Source: Deltaproteobacteria bacterium (GTDB taxonomy: Bacteria > Myxococcota > UBA727 > VGSZ01). From it: a stretch of 64,000 bases of DNA. The notes below the pieces were generated by a model, which had not been told where the DNA came from, did no database searches, and was given only the letters and a program-made list of their open reading frames with translations. The stretch spans positions 4,581-68,580 of the forward strand of contig VGSZ01000001.1 of assembly GCA_016874845.1 (NCBI GenBank), read 5' to 3'. Positions 48,317 to 59,582 of the stretch are shown one piece after another; position 1 is the first letter of the stretch, and each line of letters opens with the position of its first letter. The translations under genes and the position numbers were made by a program.

Positions 48317-50140
48317 TCAGAACGACGCTTCGGGCAGCTCCATCAGCGCCAGGTCGCCGCCCTCGATGACCTTCTTGTGCAGCGCGACGTTGGGCAGCAC
48401 TTCTTTCGCGTAGAAGCGCACGGCGGCGAGCTTGCCCTCGTAGAAGGCGCGGTCGGCCTCGCCGGCCTCGGGGAGCTTCTTCACGGCGACGATGGCCTGC
48501 TTCAAGAGCAGCCACCCGATCACGACCTCGGCGGTGCTTTCCAGGATGCGGTTCGCGTGCAGACCCACGTGGTACAGGCTCTCCTGCATGCGCGGCATCA
48601 TCACGCCGAGGATGCCCTGCAGCTGACCGAGCGCCTTGCCGAGCTGCTCCTTCTCGGCCTTCAGCTGCTCGCCGCCGGCGTCGCTCTCGATCGTGGCCGT
48701 GATCTCGCCGAGCAGCGCCATCAGCGTCTCGCCGCCGTCGCGGGCGACCTTGCGGAAGATCAGGTCGAGGGCCTGGATGTGCGTCGTGCCCTCGTACAGC
48801 GTGTCGATCTTCTGGTCGCGGATGTACTGCTCGATGGGCCAGTCCTGCGTGAAGCCCGCGCCGCCGAAGCACTGCAGCGACGAGTTCAACAGATCGTAGA
48901 CGCGCTCGCTGCTGTAGCCCTTGATGAGCGGCAAGAGCAGGTCGTTGAGCCGCGTCAGCTTCTTCGCCTCGTCGTGGGCGTGGCCGCCGGCGAGCTCGAC
49001 CTGATCCTGGATGAACGCGCCGTAGGTGGCCAGCGCGCGCAGGCCCTCGGCGAAGACCTTCTGCATCATCAGCATCCGGCGCACGTCGGGGTGCTGGATG
49101 ATGCGGACGCGCGGCGCCGTCTTGTCCATGATCTTCGTCAGGTCCGCGCCCTGCACGCGGTCCTTCGCGTAGGCCAGCGCGTTCAGGTACGCCGTCGACA
49201 GCGTCGCCATCGACTTCACGCCGATGAACATGCGCGCCTGCTCGATGACCTTGAACATCTGCGCGATGCCGTCGTGCACCTCGCCCACCAGGTAGCCCAC
49301 GGCGGGCTTGTCGGCGCCGAACTCGAACACGCACGTCGCCGACGCCTTGATGCCCATCTTGTGCTCGATGGACGTGACGAAGACGCCGTTGCGCTCGCCC
49401 AGGCTGCCGTCGTCGTTGACGAGGAACTTCGGCACGATGAACAGGCTCAGGCCTTTGGTGCCCGGCTTGCCACCCTCGGGCCGCGCCAGCACCAGGTGCA
49501 CGATGTTGTCGACGGCGTCGAAGTCGCCGTTGGTGATCCAGCACTTCGTGCCCGTCAGGTGCCACACGTCGCCCTCGACGTGCTTCGCCTTCGTGCGCGC
49601 CTCGCCGACGTCGGAGCCGGCCTGCGGCTCCGACAGCTGCATCGTGCCGCCCCACAGCTTCTCGATGATTGGACGCACGAAGCGCTTCTTCTGCGCCTCG
49701 GTGCCGAGCTCGTCGATGATCCGCGCGATGAACGTCCCGAACGCGTAGAACGCCACCGGCGCGTTCGACCCCACCAGCATCTCGTTGGCCGCCCAGCAGA
49801 TCGACGGCGGCGCCCCGACACCGTCGAGCTGCGTCGGCACCTCGAGCATGTGCCAGCCACCCTCGAACCACGCGTGGATCGACCTCTTGACGCCCTCGGG
49901 CAACGTCACGGTGCCGGTCGCCGGATCGAATTGCAGCGGCGTGCGGTCACCCTCGACGAACGACGCCGCGATCTCGTTCTCGCACACCTTCGCGACCTGC
50001 TTCAGCGAGTCGCGCATCGTCTCTTCGTCGAGGTGCGCAAACCCGCCCTGCCCGAGCACGTGCCGCTGCACCTCGAACACCTCGAACAGGTTGAAGAAGA
50101 TGTCGCGGAGGTTGCTCTTGTAGTGCAGCGAGTTCGCCAT
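48317..50140 (-). CDS. Long-type acyl-CoA dehydrogenase (FadE5/DmdC-like)
   Basis: YKSNLRDI.FNL, GTMQLSEPQAGSDVG, GTKGLSLFIVPK, IEHKMGIKASATC, LYEGTTHIQALDL. Confidence 0.93.
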   Translation of the reverse strand: MANSLHYKSNLRDIFFNLFEVFEVQRHVLGQGGFAHLDEETMRDSLKQVAKVCENEIAASFVEGDRTPLQFDPATGTVTLPEGVKRSIHAWFEGGWHMLEVPTQLDGVGAPPSICWAANEMLVGSNAPVAFYAFGTFIARIIDELGTEAQKKRFVRPIIEKLWGGTMQLSEPQAGSDVGEARTKAKHVEGDVWHLTGTKCWITNGDFDAVDNIVHLVLARPEGGKPGTKGLSLFIVPKFLVNDDGSLGERNGVFVTSIEHKMGIKASATCVFEFGADKPAVGYLVGEVHDGIAQMFKVIEQARMFIGVKSMATLSTAYLNALAYAKDRVQGADLTKIMDKTAPRVRIIQHPDVRRMLMMQKVFAEGLRALATYGAFIQDQVELAGGHAHDEAKKLTRLNDLLLPLIKGYSSERVYDLLNSSLQCFGGAGFTQDWPIEQYIRDQKIDTLYEGTTHIQALDLIFRKVARDGGETLMALLGEITATIESDAGGEQLKAEKEQLGKALGQLQGILGVMMPRMQESLYHVGLHANRILESTAEVVIGWLLLKQAIVAVKKLPEAGEADRAFYEGKLAAVRFYAKEVLPNVALHKKVIEGGDLALMELPEASF

Positions 50141-50384
50141 CGTCGTCTCCCGTCCGTCCGTCCCGCCCGGCCGCGTCTGGCCGGTGCGTGCGTGCGTGTT
50201 TGTTGACTCTGATGTCAATCTAGCGTGACGCGTCGCGCCGTTCAACGGCGGATCCGGCCTCGTCGACGTCGCTCCGCCCCCGCCGGCCGCCCCCATCGCC
50301 GTCGCGACGGACCGCCGCCCGCGCCGCCAGAGCGCGAAAAGACTCGCCCGCCGGTCGGGAAATGCCCGTGTATCGTGCCGCCCC

Positions 50385-51268
50385 GTGACCCCGCGTCGTC
50401 CCGCCGTGCTCGCGTCGTCGGCGCTCGTCGCCGCGCTGCTCGGCTGTCCGTCGCCGTCGTCTTCGCCGTCGCCGTCGTCGCCGTCCTCAGGGCCGGCGAC
50501 GACGTCCGCCCCGGTGGAGACGGTGGAGCTGTCGGGCAGCGCCTGGTGCGGACGCTGGCGCATCACGATGGCCGCGCCGACGGCGAAGGCGGCGGCGCGC
50601 GCGCGGGGGCCCTGGGCGCGTCCGTCGACGGAGCGCTCGCCGAGCTGTCGCGGCAGGTCGACCTGACGAACCCCGACAGCGAGCTGGTCGCGCTCCACAC
50701 GCCCCTCGCGCAGCAGCCCCGGCGTGCTGACCCGCCGCCGCCGCGCGGCACCGTCTCGCAAGGCACCGCGCTGCTCGTGCAGCGCGCCCTCGCCGTCGCC
50801 GTCGCCACCGAGGGCGCCTTCGACCCCACGCGTCCCGCGTCGCCGTGGACGACGGTCACGCGACCGACGTTCCGTCGCCTCGCCGTCGACGGCGGCCGCC
50901 TGCGCCTCGACGGCTACGACGTCGTCGTCGACCTCGGCGCCGTCGTCGACGCCGCGGCCGCCGCCGCCCTCGCCCGCGTGGTCGAAGAGCACGGCTTCGC
51001 CGACGCCGCCGTCGCCGTCGCCGACGACGGCAGCGACGTCTTCGTCCGGGGCGGCCACGCGCGCGCCACCGCCCGTCGGCCCGCAGCGGGCGCGCTCGAC
51101 CCGCGCGACGGCGCGCTGGTCACGACGGGCCCCCTCTCGTGCACCGTCGCCGCCGACGACGCGGTGGTCGCCGCCGGGCTCGCGCAGGCGTGCCTGGTGC
51201 TCGGCGCCGAGGGCGTGCGGGCGGCGGCAGCGACGCTGGGCGCCCACGCGGAGCCCACAGCGCCGTAA
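50385..51268 (+). pseudogene. Degenerate ApbE-like flavin transferase lipoprotein, frameshift near 50605
   Basis: LLGC lipobox in one frame. PDSEL, TEGAFDPT, VDLG and LDPRDG in another frame. Confidence 0.6.
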
Positions 51269-51319
51269 GCGCCGACGACGTCGTCGCCGGCGACGATGTC
51301 CACGTCGACGGAGGCGAGG

Positions 51320-52693
51320 TCAGCGGCGCTCGGCGACCATGTAGAAGGAGCCCTCGCGGTGCTCGCCGGCGGTCTCGAGAGCCTGTCGCGACACGTTCTT
51401 GCGGACGCCGCCGTTGGGGTCGAACATCTCGTAGCTGCCGTCGCTGTTCTTCTTCGACAGCACGAAGATGTGGCCGAAGCCGCTGGCGGTGAAGGGCCGG
51501 CCGAGGCCGACGATCACCGGGTTGCTCTTGGCCAGCTGCGCGTCGATGTCGCCGAAGCTGCGGGCGCCGCGCGGCCAGTCGCGGTCGTAGTGGGTGACGC
51601 CGGGCGGCAGGTGCCGCGACATCGCCGCGCGCAGGTCGGCGTCGCCGGGCTGCTCGGCGCGCAACGTCCGGTCGGTGATCGGCGCCTTGCCCGTGCCGAG
51701 CGACTTGTTCCACGCGTTGGTCACCATCGCCACCGACGTCAGCCCGCAGCTGGTGGCGTCGCGCTGCGCGAGCACGCGCAGCTGACTGGCCGGCGCGCCG
51801 GCCACCGCCGTCGACGACGACGTCTGCCGCACGTCGGCGGCGTCCTTGAGCGCGCGGTAGGTCAACGGCCCCATGCCGCCCCAGCCCGGCGACGCGGGGG
51901 TCATGCCGAGCAGCCGACGCTGCGCGTCCTCGACGGCGGCGCGGGTGGTGGGGCCGAACACGCCGGTTTGACCCGCCGGGCCCATGCCGAGCAGCCGCTG
52001 CATGCCCCGCACGTGCGAGCCGCTCTCGCCCTGCTGGATGGGGTTGCCCGTCGCGATCCGCATCTCGAGGTTATGGGCGTCGGACGAGGCGCTGCCCGCC
52101 TTCTTCAGCGCCGTCATCGTCGCGCCGCCGACGACGCCGTCGTCGGCCAGCCCCTGCTGCCGCTGGAAGGCGCGCAGCGCGCTCTCGGTGCGCGGGCCGA
52201 ACTCGCCGTCCTGCTCGATGGTCTTCATGCCGAGGAACCGCTGCAGGTCGACGACCTCGGCCCCCTTCGCCCCCTGCCGCAGCAGCTGGCCGCGCTGCAC
52301 CAACGCCTCGAGCTTCGTGCCCGGCACGTCGGCCACGCGGGCCCGCGCGGCGGCGTCGGCGGCCTGCGCGGACTGCCGGCTCTGCTGCACCGCCGCCGCG
52401 TCGGCGGGGGCGCGCGCCGTCGTCGCGGTCGTCGTCGTCGCCGCCGTCGTGGCCGTCGTCGTCGCCGGGGCTGGACCGACGTCGAGCTGCAGGCCGACGG
52501 GCAGGGCGGTGTCAGGGATCGACGCCAGCTGCGGGTTGCGCGCCCGCAGCGCGTCGACGTCGGTGCCGTACGCGCGCGCCAGGCCCCACAGTGTGTCGCC
52601 GGCCCGGACGACGTGCGACCGCGTCGTCGCGTCGGTGGTCGGCCGGGGCGTCGTAGTCGGGGTGGTCGTGCTGGGGGCGGCGCTGACTTGCAT
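51320..52693 (-). CDS. LysM + two peptidoglycan-binding domains + C39-like Cys peptidase
   Basis: HVVRAGDTLWGLA, DGEFGPRT..A.RAFQ...GL.DDGVVG, QRDATSCG..S, GHIFVL, MFDP. GGAGG RBS. Confidence 0.85.
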   Translation of the reverse strand: MQVSAAPSTTTPTTTPRPTTDATTRSHVVRAGDTLWGLARAYGTDVDALRARNPQLASIPDTALPVGLQLDVGPAPATTTATTAATTTTATTARAPADAAAVQQSRQSAQAADAAARARVADVPGTKLEALVQRGQLLRQGAKGAEVVDLQRFLGMKTIEQDGEFGPRTESALRAFQRQQGLADDGVVGGATMTALKKAGSASSDAHNLEMRIATGNPIQQGESGSHVRGMQRLLGMGPAGQTGVFGPTTRAAVEDAQRRLLGMTPASPGWGGMGPLTYRALKDAADVRQTSSSTAVAGAPASQLRVLAQRDATSCGLTSVAMVTNAWNKSLGTGKAPITDRTLRAEQPGDADLRAAMSRHLPPGVTHYDRDWPRGARSFGDIDAQLAKSNPVIVGLGRPFTASGFGHIFVLSKKNSDGSYEMFDPNGGVRKNVSRQALETAGEHREGSFYMVAERR

Positions 52694-52961
52694 GGGACCT
52701 CCGGTCAGAGAGGATTTCGGCGCCGGTGGTCGTGCCGGTTCGGCCGCTCAGCAGGTTGACCGATGCGCCCGTGCGACCGGATGGATCCCCGCGCGCCAGC
52801 GCTTACATAACCATGCACCGTGACGGGCGAAAAAATGTGAATTCGTCGACGACAAACCGCGTCGCTCGTGCACGAAATCCGCGGGCCGACGGTAGAGAGG
52901 GTGAAGGCGGATGCGGCGGGGATGCAGATCAAGCTTCCCCGGCGATCCGGGTTTGATTAGT

Positions 52962-52978
52962 GTGAACACGCGTTCAGC
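52962..52978 (+). promoter_or_regulatory. LexA (SOS) box, Myxococcus type
   Basis: GTGAACACGCGTTCAGC matches 16/17 positions of the M. xanthus consensus CTRHAMRYBYGTTCAGS (consensus recalled from memory), about 90 nt upstream of recA. Confidence 0.8.
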
Positions 52979-53069
52979 CCTGAACGAAACCCCGTGGGGA
53001 CTGAACATCCGGGACGAACGCAGCAGCCGGCGCGGGTCGCGTGCGGCCGACGCAACTGAGGAGCAGGCG

Positions 53070-54212
<1,143 letters not shown>

Positions 54213-54392
54213 GGCCTCTTCGCCGCCGGTCGCCTCTGGCGCCCCGCGCCTCCGCCGCAGCCACGGCGAAGGTGCGGGGCGCGCTCGTGCGTGCGCTCGT
54301 GCGTGCGCGCTGGCGCGCTCGCTGGCGCGCTCGTCGACGTCGTTCCTGACCGCTCGAGACCGGCGGGGCGCCCTGCGGCGACCGTCCCTGCC

Positions 54393-55859
54393 TCAGCGCT
54401 TCGCCAGCTCCTCGTCGACGAGCTGCTGGACCTGTTTGGGGTCGGCGCCCTGGCCGAGGGCCTTCAGGCTCTGGCCGACGAGGAAGCCCTTGATCTTGTC
54501 CTTGCCGCTCTTCACCTGCGCGACCTGTGCGGGGCTCTTGTCGAGCACCTCGCGCACGACGGCGCGGGCCCGCGCTTCGACGTCGCCGCCCTGCTGCAGG
54601 CGCAGGCCGCGCGCGTCGACGAGGGCGTCGACGTCGACGACGGCGCCCGTGTCGGCGTCGTCCGTGTCGTGCAGGGCGCGCAGCACGTCCTTGGCGCCGC
54701 GGCCGGCGACGGCGCCCTCGTCGACGAGGGCGACCAGCCGACCGAGCGCCGAAGGCGGCACGCGCGCGAGGCCCTCGGGCAGACCGAGCACCTCGTTCAC
54801 GACCCAGTTGGCGACGGCCTTCGCCCGCGTCGCCGACGCCGCGGCGCCGCCGGCGGCGGAGAGCGCCGCCTCGAAGAACGCCGTCGTCGCCGGCTCGTCG
54901 ACGAGGGTGGCGGCGGCGCCCGTGGCGATGCCCAGCGCCTCGTAGCGCGCGCGGCGGGCGGCGGGCAGCTCGGGCAGGGTGGCCTTGACGTCGTCGAGGC
55001 GCGCCTCGTCGATGACGAGCAGCGGCAGGTCGGGGTCGCCCAGGTAACGGTAGTCGGGGGCGTCCTCCTTCGTGCGCATCACGCGGCTCTCGCCGCGGTC
55101 GGGGTCCCACAGGCGGGTCTCCTGCGTCACCGTGCCGCCCGCCGACAGCAGCGCGATCTGGCGTCGCGCCTCGTGGGCGACGGCGTCGTGCAGGAAGCGC
55201 GGGCTGTTGATGTTCTTCAGCTCGACGCGGGTGCCGAGCGGCGCGCCGCGGCGACGCACGCTGACGTTGGCGTCGGCGCGCATCGAGCCCTCCTGCAGGT
55301 TGCCGTCGCACGCCGCCACCGCCATCGCCAACGACCGCAGCGCGCGAAAGAACCGCATCGCCTCGTCAGGCCCGCGCAGCGCCGGCTGCGTGACCACCTC
55401 GAGCAGTGGCGTGCCGGCGCGGTTCCAGTCCAGGCGCGTGCCGAGCTCGTCGTGGACGCTCTTGCCGGCGTCTTCCTCGAGGTGGGCGCGCACGAGCGGG
55501 ATGGCGCGCGGGCCGTCGGCGCCGTCGATGACGACGTGGCCGTCCGACAGGAGCGGCTCGTCGGCCTGCGTGATCTGGTAGCCCTTCGGGCTGTCCGGAT
55601 AGAAGTAGTGCTTGCGCGCAAAGCGGCTCGTCGCCCGCACCGTGCAGCCCAGCGCCACGCCCAGCCGCAGCGCCAGCGTCACCGCCTCGTCGTTCAGCAC
55701 CGGCAGCGCGCCGGGCAGGCCGACGTCGACGGCGTCGATGTCGACGTTGGGCGGCTGCCCGAAGCGCACCGGCGCCACCGAGAACAACTTCTGCGCCGTC
55801 CTCAGCTGCACGTGGACCTCGAGGCCCACCACCGTCTCCCAGTCGCCGCCTGCTGCCAT
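54393..55859 (-). CDS. gatB: Asp/Glu-tRNA amidotransferase subunit B
   Basis: GLEVHVQL, YFYPD.PKGYQITQ, HLEEDAGKS, ELKNINS, DYRY..DPDLP. Confidence 0.97.
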   Translation of the reverse strand: MAAGGDWETVVGLEVHVQLRTAQKLFSVAPVRFGQPPNVDIDAVDVGLPGALPVLNDEAVTLALRLGVALGCTVRATSRFARKHYFYPDSPKGYQITQADEPLLSDGHVVIDGADGPRAIPLVRAHLEEDAGKSVHDELGTRLDWNRAGTPLLEVVTQPALRGPDEAMRFFRALRSLAMAVAACDGNLQEGSMRADANVSVRRRGAPLGTRVELKNINSPRFLHDAVAHEARRQIALLSAGGTVTQETRLWDPDRGESRVMRTKEDAPDYRYLGDPDLPLLVIDEARLDDVKATLPELPAARRARYEALGIATGAAATLVDEPATTAFFEAALSAAGGAAASATRAKAVANWVVNEVLGLPEGLARVPPSALGRLVALVDEGAVAGRGAKDVLRALHDTDDADTGAVVDVDALVDARGLRLQQGGDVEARARAVVREVLDKSPAQVAQVKSGKDKIKGFLVGQSLKALGQGADPKQVQQLVDEELAKR

Positions 55860-56038
55860 CGTCGTCTCCGCGCCGGGCGCGCCCACCCGCGCGACCCCGC
55901 GAAGTCTGCGCCAGACCCCCCGCCGCTGTCGCGGGAGGACGACGGGTGCGTCATCACGCCACGGCGCACCGGTTCGCTGCACAGCGGCGCCCCCGCCGAC
56001 GAGGAAGAGATGCCGGGGCCGCTCGGCAGGAGAAAGTC

Positions 56039-56245
56039 ATGGAGCAGAGCGAGCGGGATGACGCGTTGGAGGGGTTGGACATCGTGGGGGCAGCGCTGCG
56101 CGGGGCGCTGGCGCTGGCGCGGGGGGGCGAAGAGTCGCCGACGTCGTCCCGGATGACCGAGCTGGCGGCGGTGTTGACGTTGGCGTCGCACGGCCTCGCC
56201 GAGGTCATCCGTCGGCTGGAAGACGGCCGCTCCCCGTCAGGCTGA
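56039..56245 (+). CDS. Small hypothetical protein (68 aa)
   Basis: AGGAG RBS, helical amphipathic sequence. Confidence 0.5.
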   Translation: MEQSERDDALEGLDIVGAALRGALALARGGEESPTSSRMTELAAVLTLASHGLAEVIRRLEDGRSPSG

Positions 56246-56299
56246 GCGGCGCGTCGGGGCGTGGGGTCAGGCGCGGCGCGCGAGGACTTCGGCCCGGCT

Positions 56300-57022
56300 T
56301 CAGCCCGCCGCGGCCATCGCCTGATCGTCGCGCCACCACGCCCGCGCCACGGCGAGGAACGCCTCGGCGAGGATGATGCCGGTGCCGAGCACGAGGAACG
56401 GCGGGAAGATCAAGAGGATCCCGGGGACGACCGACAACAGCACCGCCGGCCACACGCGGACGCGTGTGGCGTGGTCGCCGGCGGCGAGGCGGCGCGCGGC
56501 CAGGGCCATCGCGATGGCAAAGGCGAAGTGCACGTGCAGGGTGCCCCACAACGACAGCCCGACCCAATAGTCGAAGCTGCCGACCAGCGATGGGTCTTCG
56601 GTGAGGACGCCGAGCAGCCACAGCGGCAGACCGATGCTCGCGTGCAGCGACAACGGGCCGGCGACGGCGACGCCCACGGCGGGTGCGACGAAGCTGGCGA
56701 CGGCGAAGGCCCCCGCGTCGAACTGCGCCAGCGCCGCCCGCGATCGCCCGAAGCGGCCGGCGACGACGGCGACGAGGGCGGCGGCCACCCAGACGAGAGC
56801 GATCAAAGGCGCGGTATGCAGGACCGACTCGCCGCGGGACAGCCAGCCGGCTGCGACGATGGCCGGCGCCAGCGCGAGCACTGCGCCGAAGCCGACGCGG
56901 GCGAGCCGCCGGCCCAGCAGGGCCGACGACACGCCGGGAGCACGAAGCGCGACCACGGGGAGCGAGACCGACACGGGGCACCTCCACGTCGTGGCGGCGA
57001 GCGAGGCGCGCGCCGCGGACAC
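56300..57022 (-). CDS. Multi-TM hypothetical membrane protein
   Basis: Five to six hydrophobic segments. Start uncertain. Confidence 0.65.
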   Translation of the reverse strand: MSAARASLAATTWRCPVSVSLPVVALRAPGVSSALLGRRLARVGFGAVLALAPAIVAAGWLSRGESVLHTAPLIALVWVAAALVAVVAGRFGRSRAALAQFDAGAFAVASFVAPAVGVAVAGPLSLHASIGLPLWLLGVLTEDPSLVGSFDYWVGLSLWGTLHVHFAFAIAMALAARRLAAGDHATRVRVWPAVLLSVVPGILLIFPPFLVLGTGIILAEAFLAVARAWWRDDQAMAAAG

Positions 57023-57271
57023 GACCGGCCGACACGCCTTGTCGACCGGGCTGTCGACAAAAGCTGCCGGTACAGACGAGCGTGCCGTGGCTTCGTCGCA
57101 TTCCGCACCCGTGGCAGATCACCCCTGTGCTGCTGCTCACTCCTGTTTCGCCGCAGGCGACCATCGGTCGTCCGTCCGAGCGGTCAGGGCGGGATCCGCC
57201 TTGCAGGGGGGGGGATGTCGGCTACGGTCCCACCCATTCGCGATCGCTCCGATCGCCCGAGGTCCTCCCCG

Positions 57272-58132
<861 letters not shown>

Positions 58133-58163
58133 AGCACCGCCACCGGGACTGCCCGGTCGGTAC

Positions 58164-58189
58164 GCGCGGGGTCCTTCGGGGCCCCGCGC
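58164..58189 (+). terminator. Hairpin terminator
   Basis: GCGCGGGGTCC-TTCG-GGCCCCGCGC followed shortly by TTTT. Confidence 0.65.
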
Positions 58190-58301
58190 CTCGTTTTGGG
58201 GCACCCGCCGCGCGCCCGTGAAGTCGCATTCACTGGGCAGCTGGTGTCAGAATCCTGAGGGTCGGCGGCTCTGGTTGCCGCAGTCGAACCGGATCGCGGC
58301 G

Positions 58302-58317
58302 GGGCATGCGCCTTGCT
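58302..58317 (+). promoter_or_regulatory. Putative sigma-54 promoter
   Basis: GGGCATGCGCCTTGCT gives GG-N10-GC with TTGC, 27 nt upstream of ATG 58344. Confidence 0.55.
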
Positions 58318-58343
58318 GTCGAGGCCGGAACCCCGGAGACCCC

Positions 58344-59483
58344 ATGAAGACCCTGCGTGCCACGCTCCTTGGACTCACCCCGTTGTTCCTCGCCGGCGCC
58401 GCCGTGGCGCAGGGCGAGCCGCCGCCGCCCCCGCCGCCCCCTCCGGGCGGCGGCGGCGCCATCAGCTGCAGCAGCGACGCCGAGTGCCCGCTCGGCGCGA
58501 CCTGTCAGACCCCCGACTGTCCGACCTGCGACCCCGACGACCCGGCCTGCGAGCCGGCGGCCTGCACCGGCGTCTGCGTCGCCGCCCCGCCGCCGGGTGT
58601 CGCCTGCACCACCGACAGCGACTGCGCCGACGACCAGTTCTGCGCCGTGTTCGACTGCCCGGCGACCTGCGACTCCGCCGACCCGGACTGCGTCCCTGTC
58701 GACTGCCCCGGGAGCGGCGTCTGCTCGCCGCACGGTGAGCAGACGCCGCCGCCGCCGCCGTCGTGCACCACCGACGCCGACTGCGGCGACGGCACCGTCT
58801 GCATCACCCAGACGGTCGAGAGCTGCGCCAGCGAAGGCTGCGCCTGCCCGGACAACGGGAGCGGCGACGGCGACGGCGACCCCACCAACGACCCGCCCTG
58901 CGAGTGCCCGCCGCCGTCTGCGCCCGACTGCACCACCGAGACGGTGTCGTTCTGCGGCCCGCGCTGGCTCGACGAGTGCGCCACCGACGCCGACTGCGGC
59001 CCCGGCTTCACCTGCGAGCAGGCCGAGGACTGCACGTGCTCCATCGACTCCGCCGGCAACGAGTCGTGCGACTGCAGCGACGCGCCGACGAGCGGCGCCT
59101 GCCAGCTCGTCCGCGTCGAGTGCACCGACGCCGCCGACTGCAGCGACGGCTTCGTCTGCGTCGAAGAGGCCGCGACCGAGCCGTGCGCCACCGACGAGCA
59201 GGGCAACACCGACTGCGGGCCGCCGCTCGTGACCCGCATCTGCGTGCCGCCGGACTACGTGTCGCCGGTCGACAAAGGCGGCGAGGGCGAGACGCGCAAC
59301 GACGACGACACCGCCGCCGGCTCCGACGGCGACGGCGACGGCGACGACGCCGTCGACGACACCGACGACGGCAGCGCGTACATCTTCAACTGCGCGCAGG
59401 GCGGCGCCGGCGGCGCCCTGCCGCTCGCGGCCCTCGCGCTGCTCCTGCGTCGTCGTCGTCCGGCGCAGCCCGCGCGCCGCTGA
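58344..59483 (+). CDS. Cys/Pro/Asp-rich secreted protein with MYXO-CTERM-like anchor
   Basis: Signal peptide, C..D.DC repeats, NC...LAALALLLRRRR. Confidence 0.85.
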   Translation: MKTLRATLLGLTPLFLAGAAVAQGEPPPPPPPPPGGGGAISCSSDAECPLGATCQTPDCPTCDPDDPACEPAACTGVCVAAPPPGVACTTDSDCADDQFCAVFDCPATCDSADPDCVPVDCPGSGVCSPHGEQTPPPPPSCTTDADCGDGTVCITQTVESCASEGCACPDNGSGDGDGDPTNDPPCECPPPSAPDCTTETVSFCGPRWLDECATDADCGPGFTCEQAEDCTCSIDSAGNESCDCSDAPTSGACQLVRVECTDAADCSDGFVCVEEAATEPCATDEQGNTDCGPPLVTRICVPPDYVSPVDKGGEGETRNDDDTAAGSDGDGDGDDAVDDTDDGSAYIFNCAQGGAGGALPLAALALLLRRRRPAQPARR

Positions 59484-59504
59484 CGGCGGCGCGAACGCAC
59501 GAAA

Positions 59505-59554
59505 GCCAGAAAGCACGCGGGGAGCCCCTTCGGGCTCCCCGCGTGCTTTCTGGC
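59505..59554. terminator. 23-bp perfect hairpin between convergent genes (bidirectional terminator)
   Basis: GCCAGAAAGCACGCGGGGAGCCC-CTTC-GGGCTCCCCGCGTGCTTTCTGGC. Confidence 0.85.
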
Positions 59555-59582
59555 GACGGCGGCGAAGCCTGCCGTCAGCCGG

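Noticed and set aside
50141..51247. N-terminal extension of the 976-aa acyl-CoA dehydrogenase ORF
   Set aside because: Antisense to the ApbE-like gene. The family N-terminus and RBS indicate a start at 50140.
57029..57060. CGAC-N7-GTCG and TTGTCGAC-N6-GTCGACAA palindromes
   Set aside because: Built from the ubiquitous GTCGAC motif and lacking the TGCGAC/GTCGCA arms, so likely chance.
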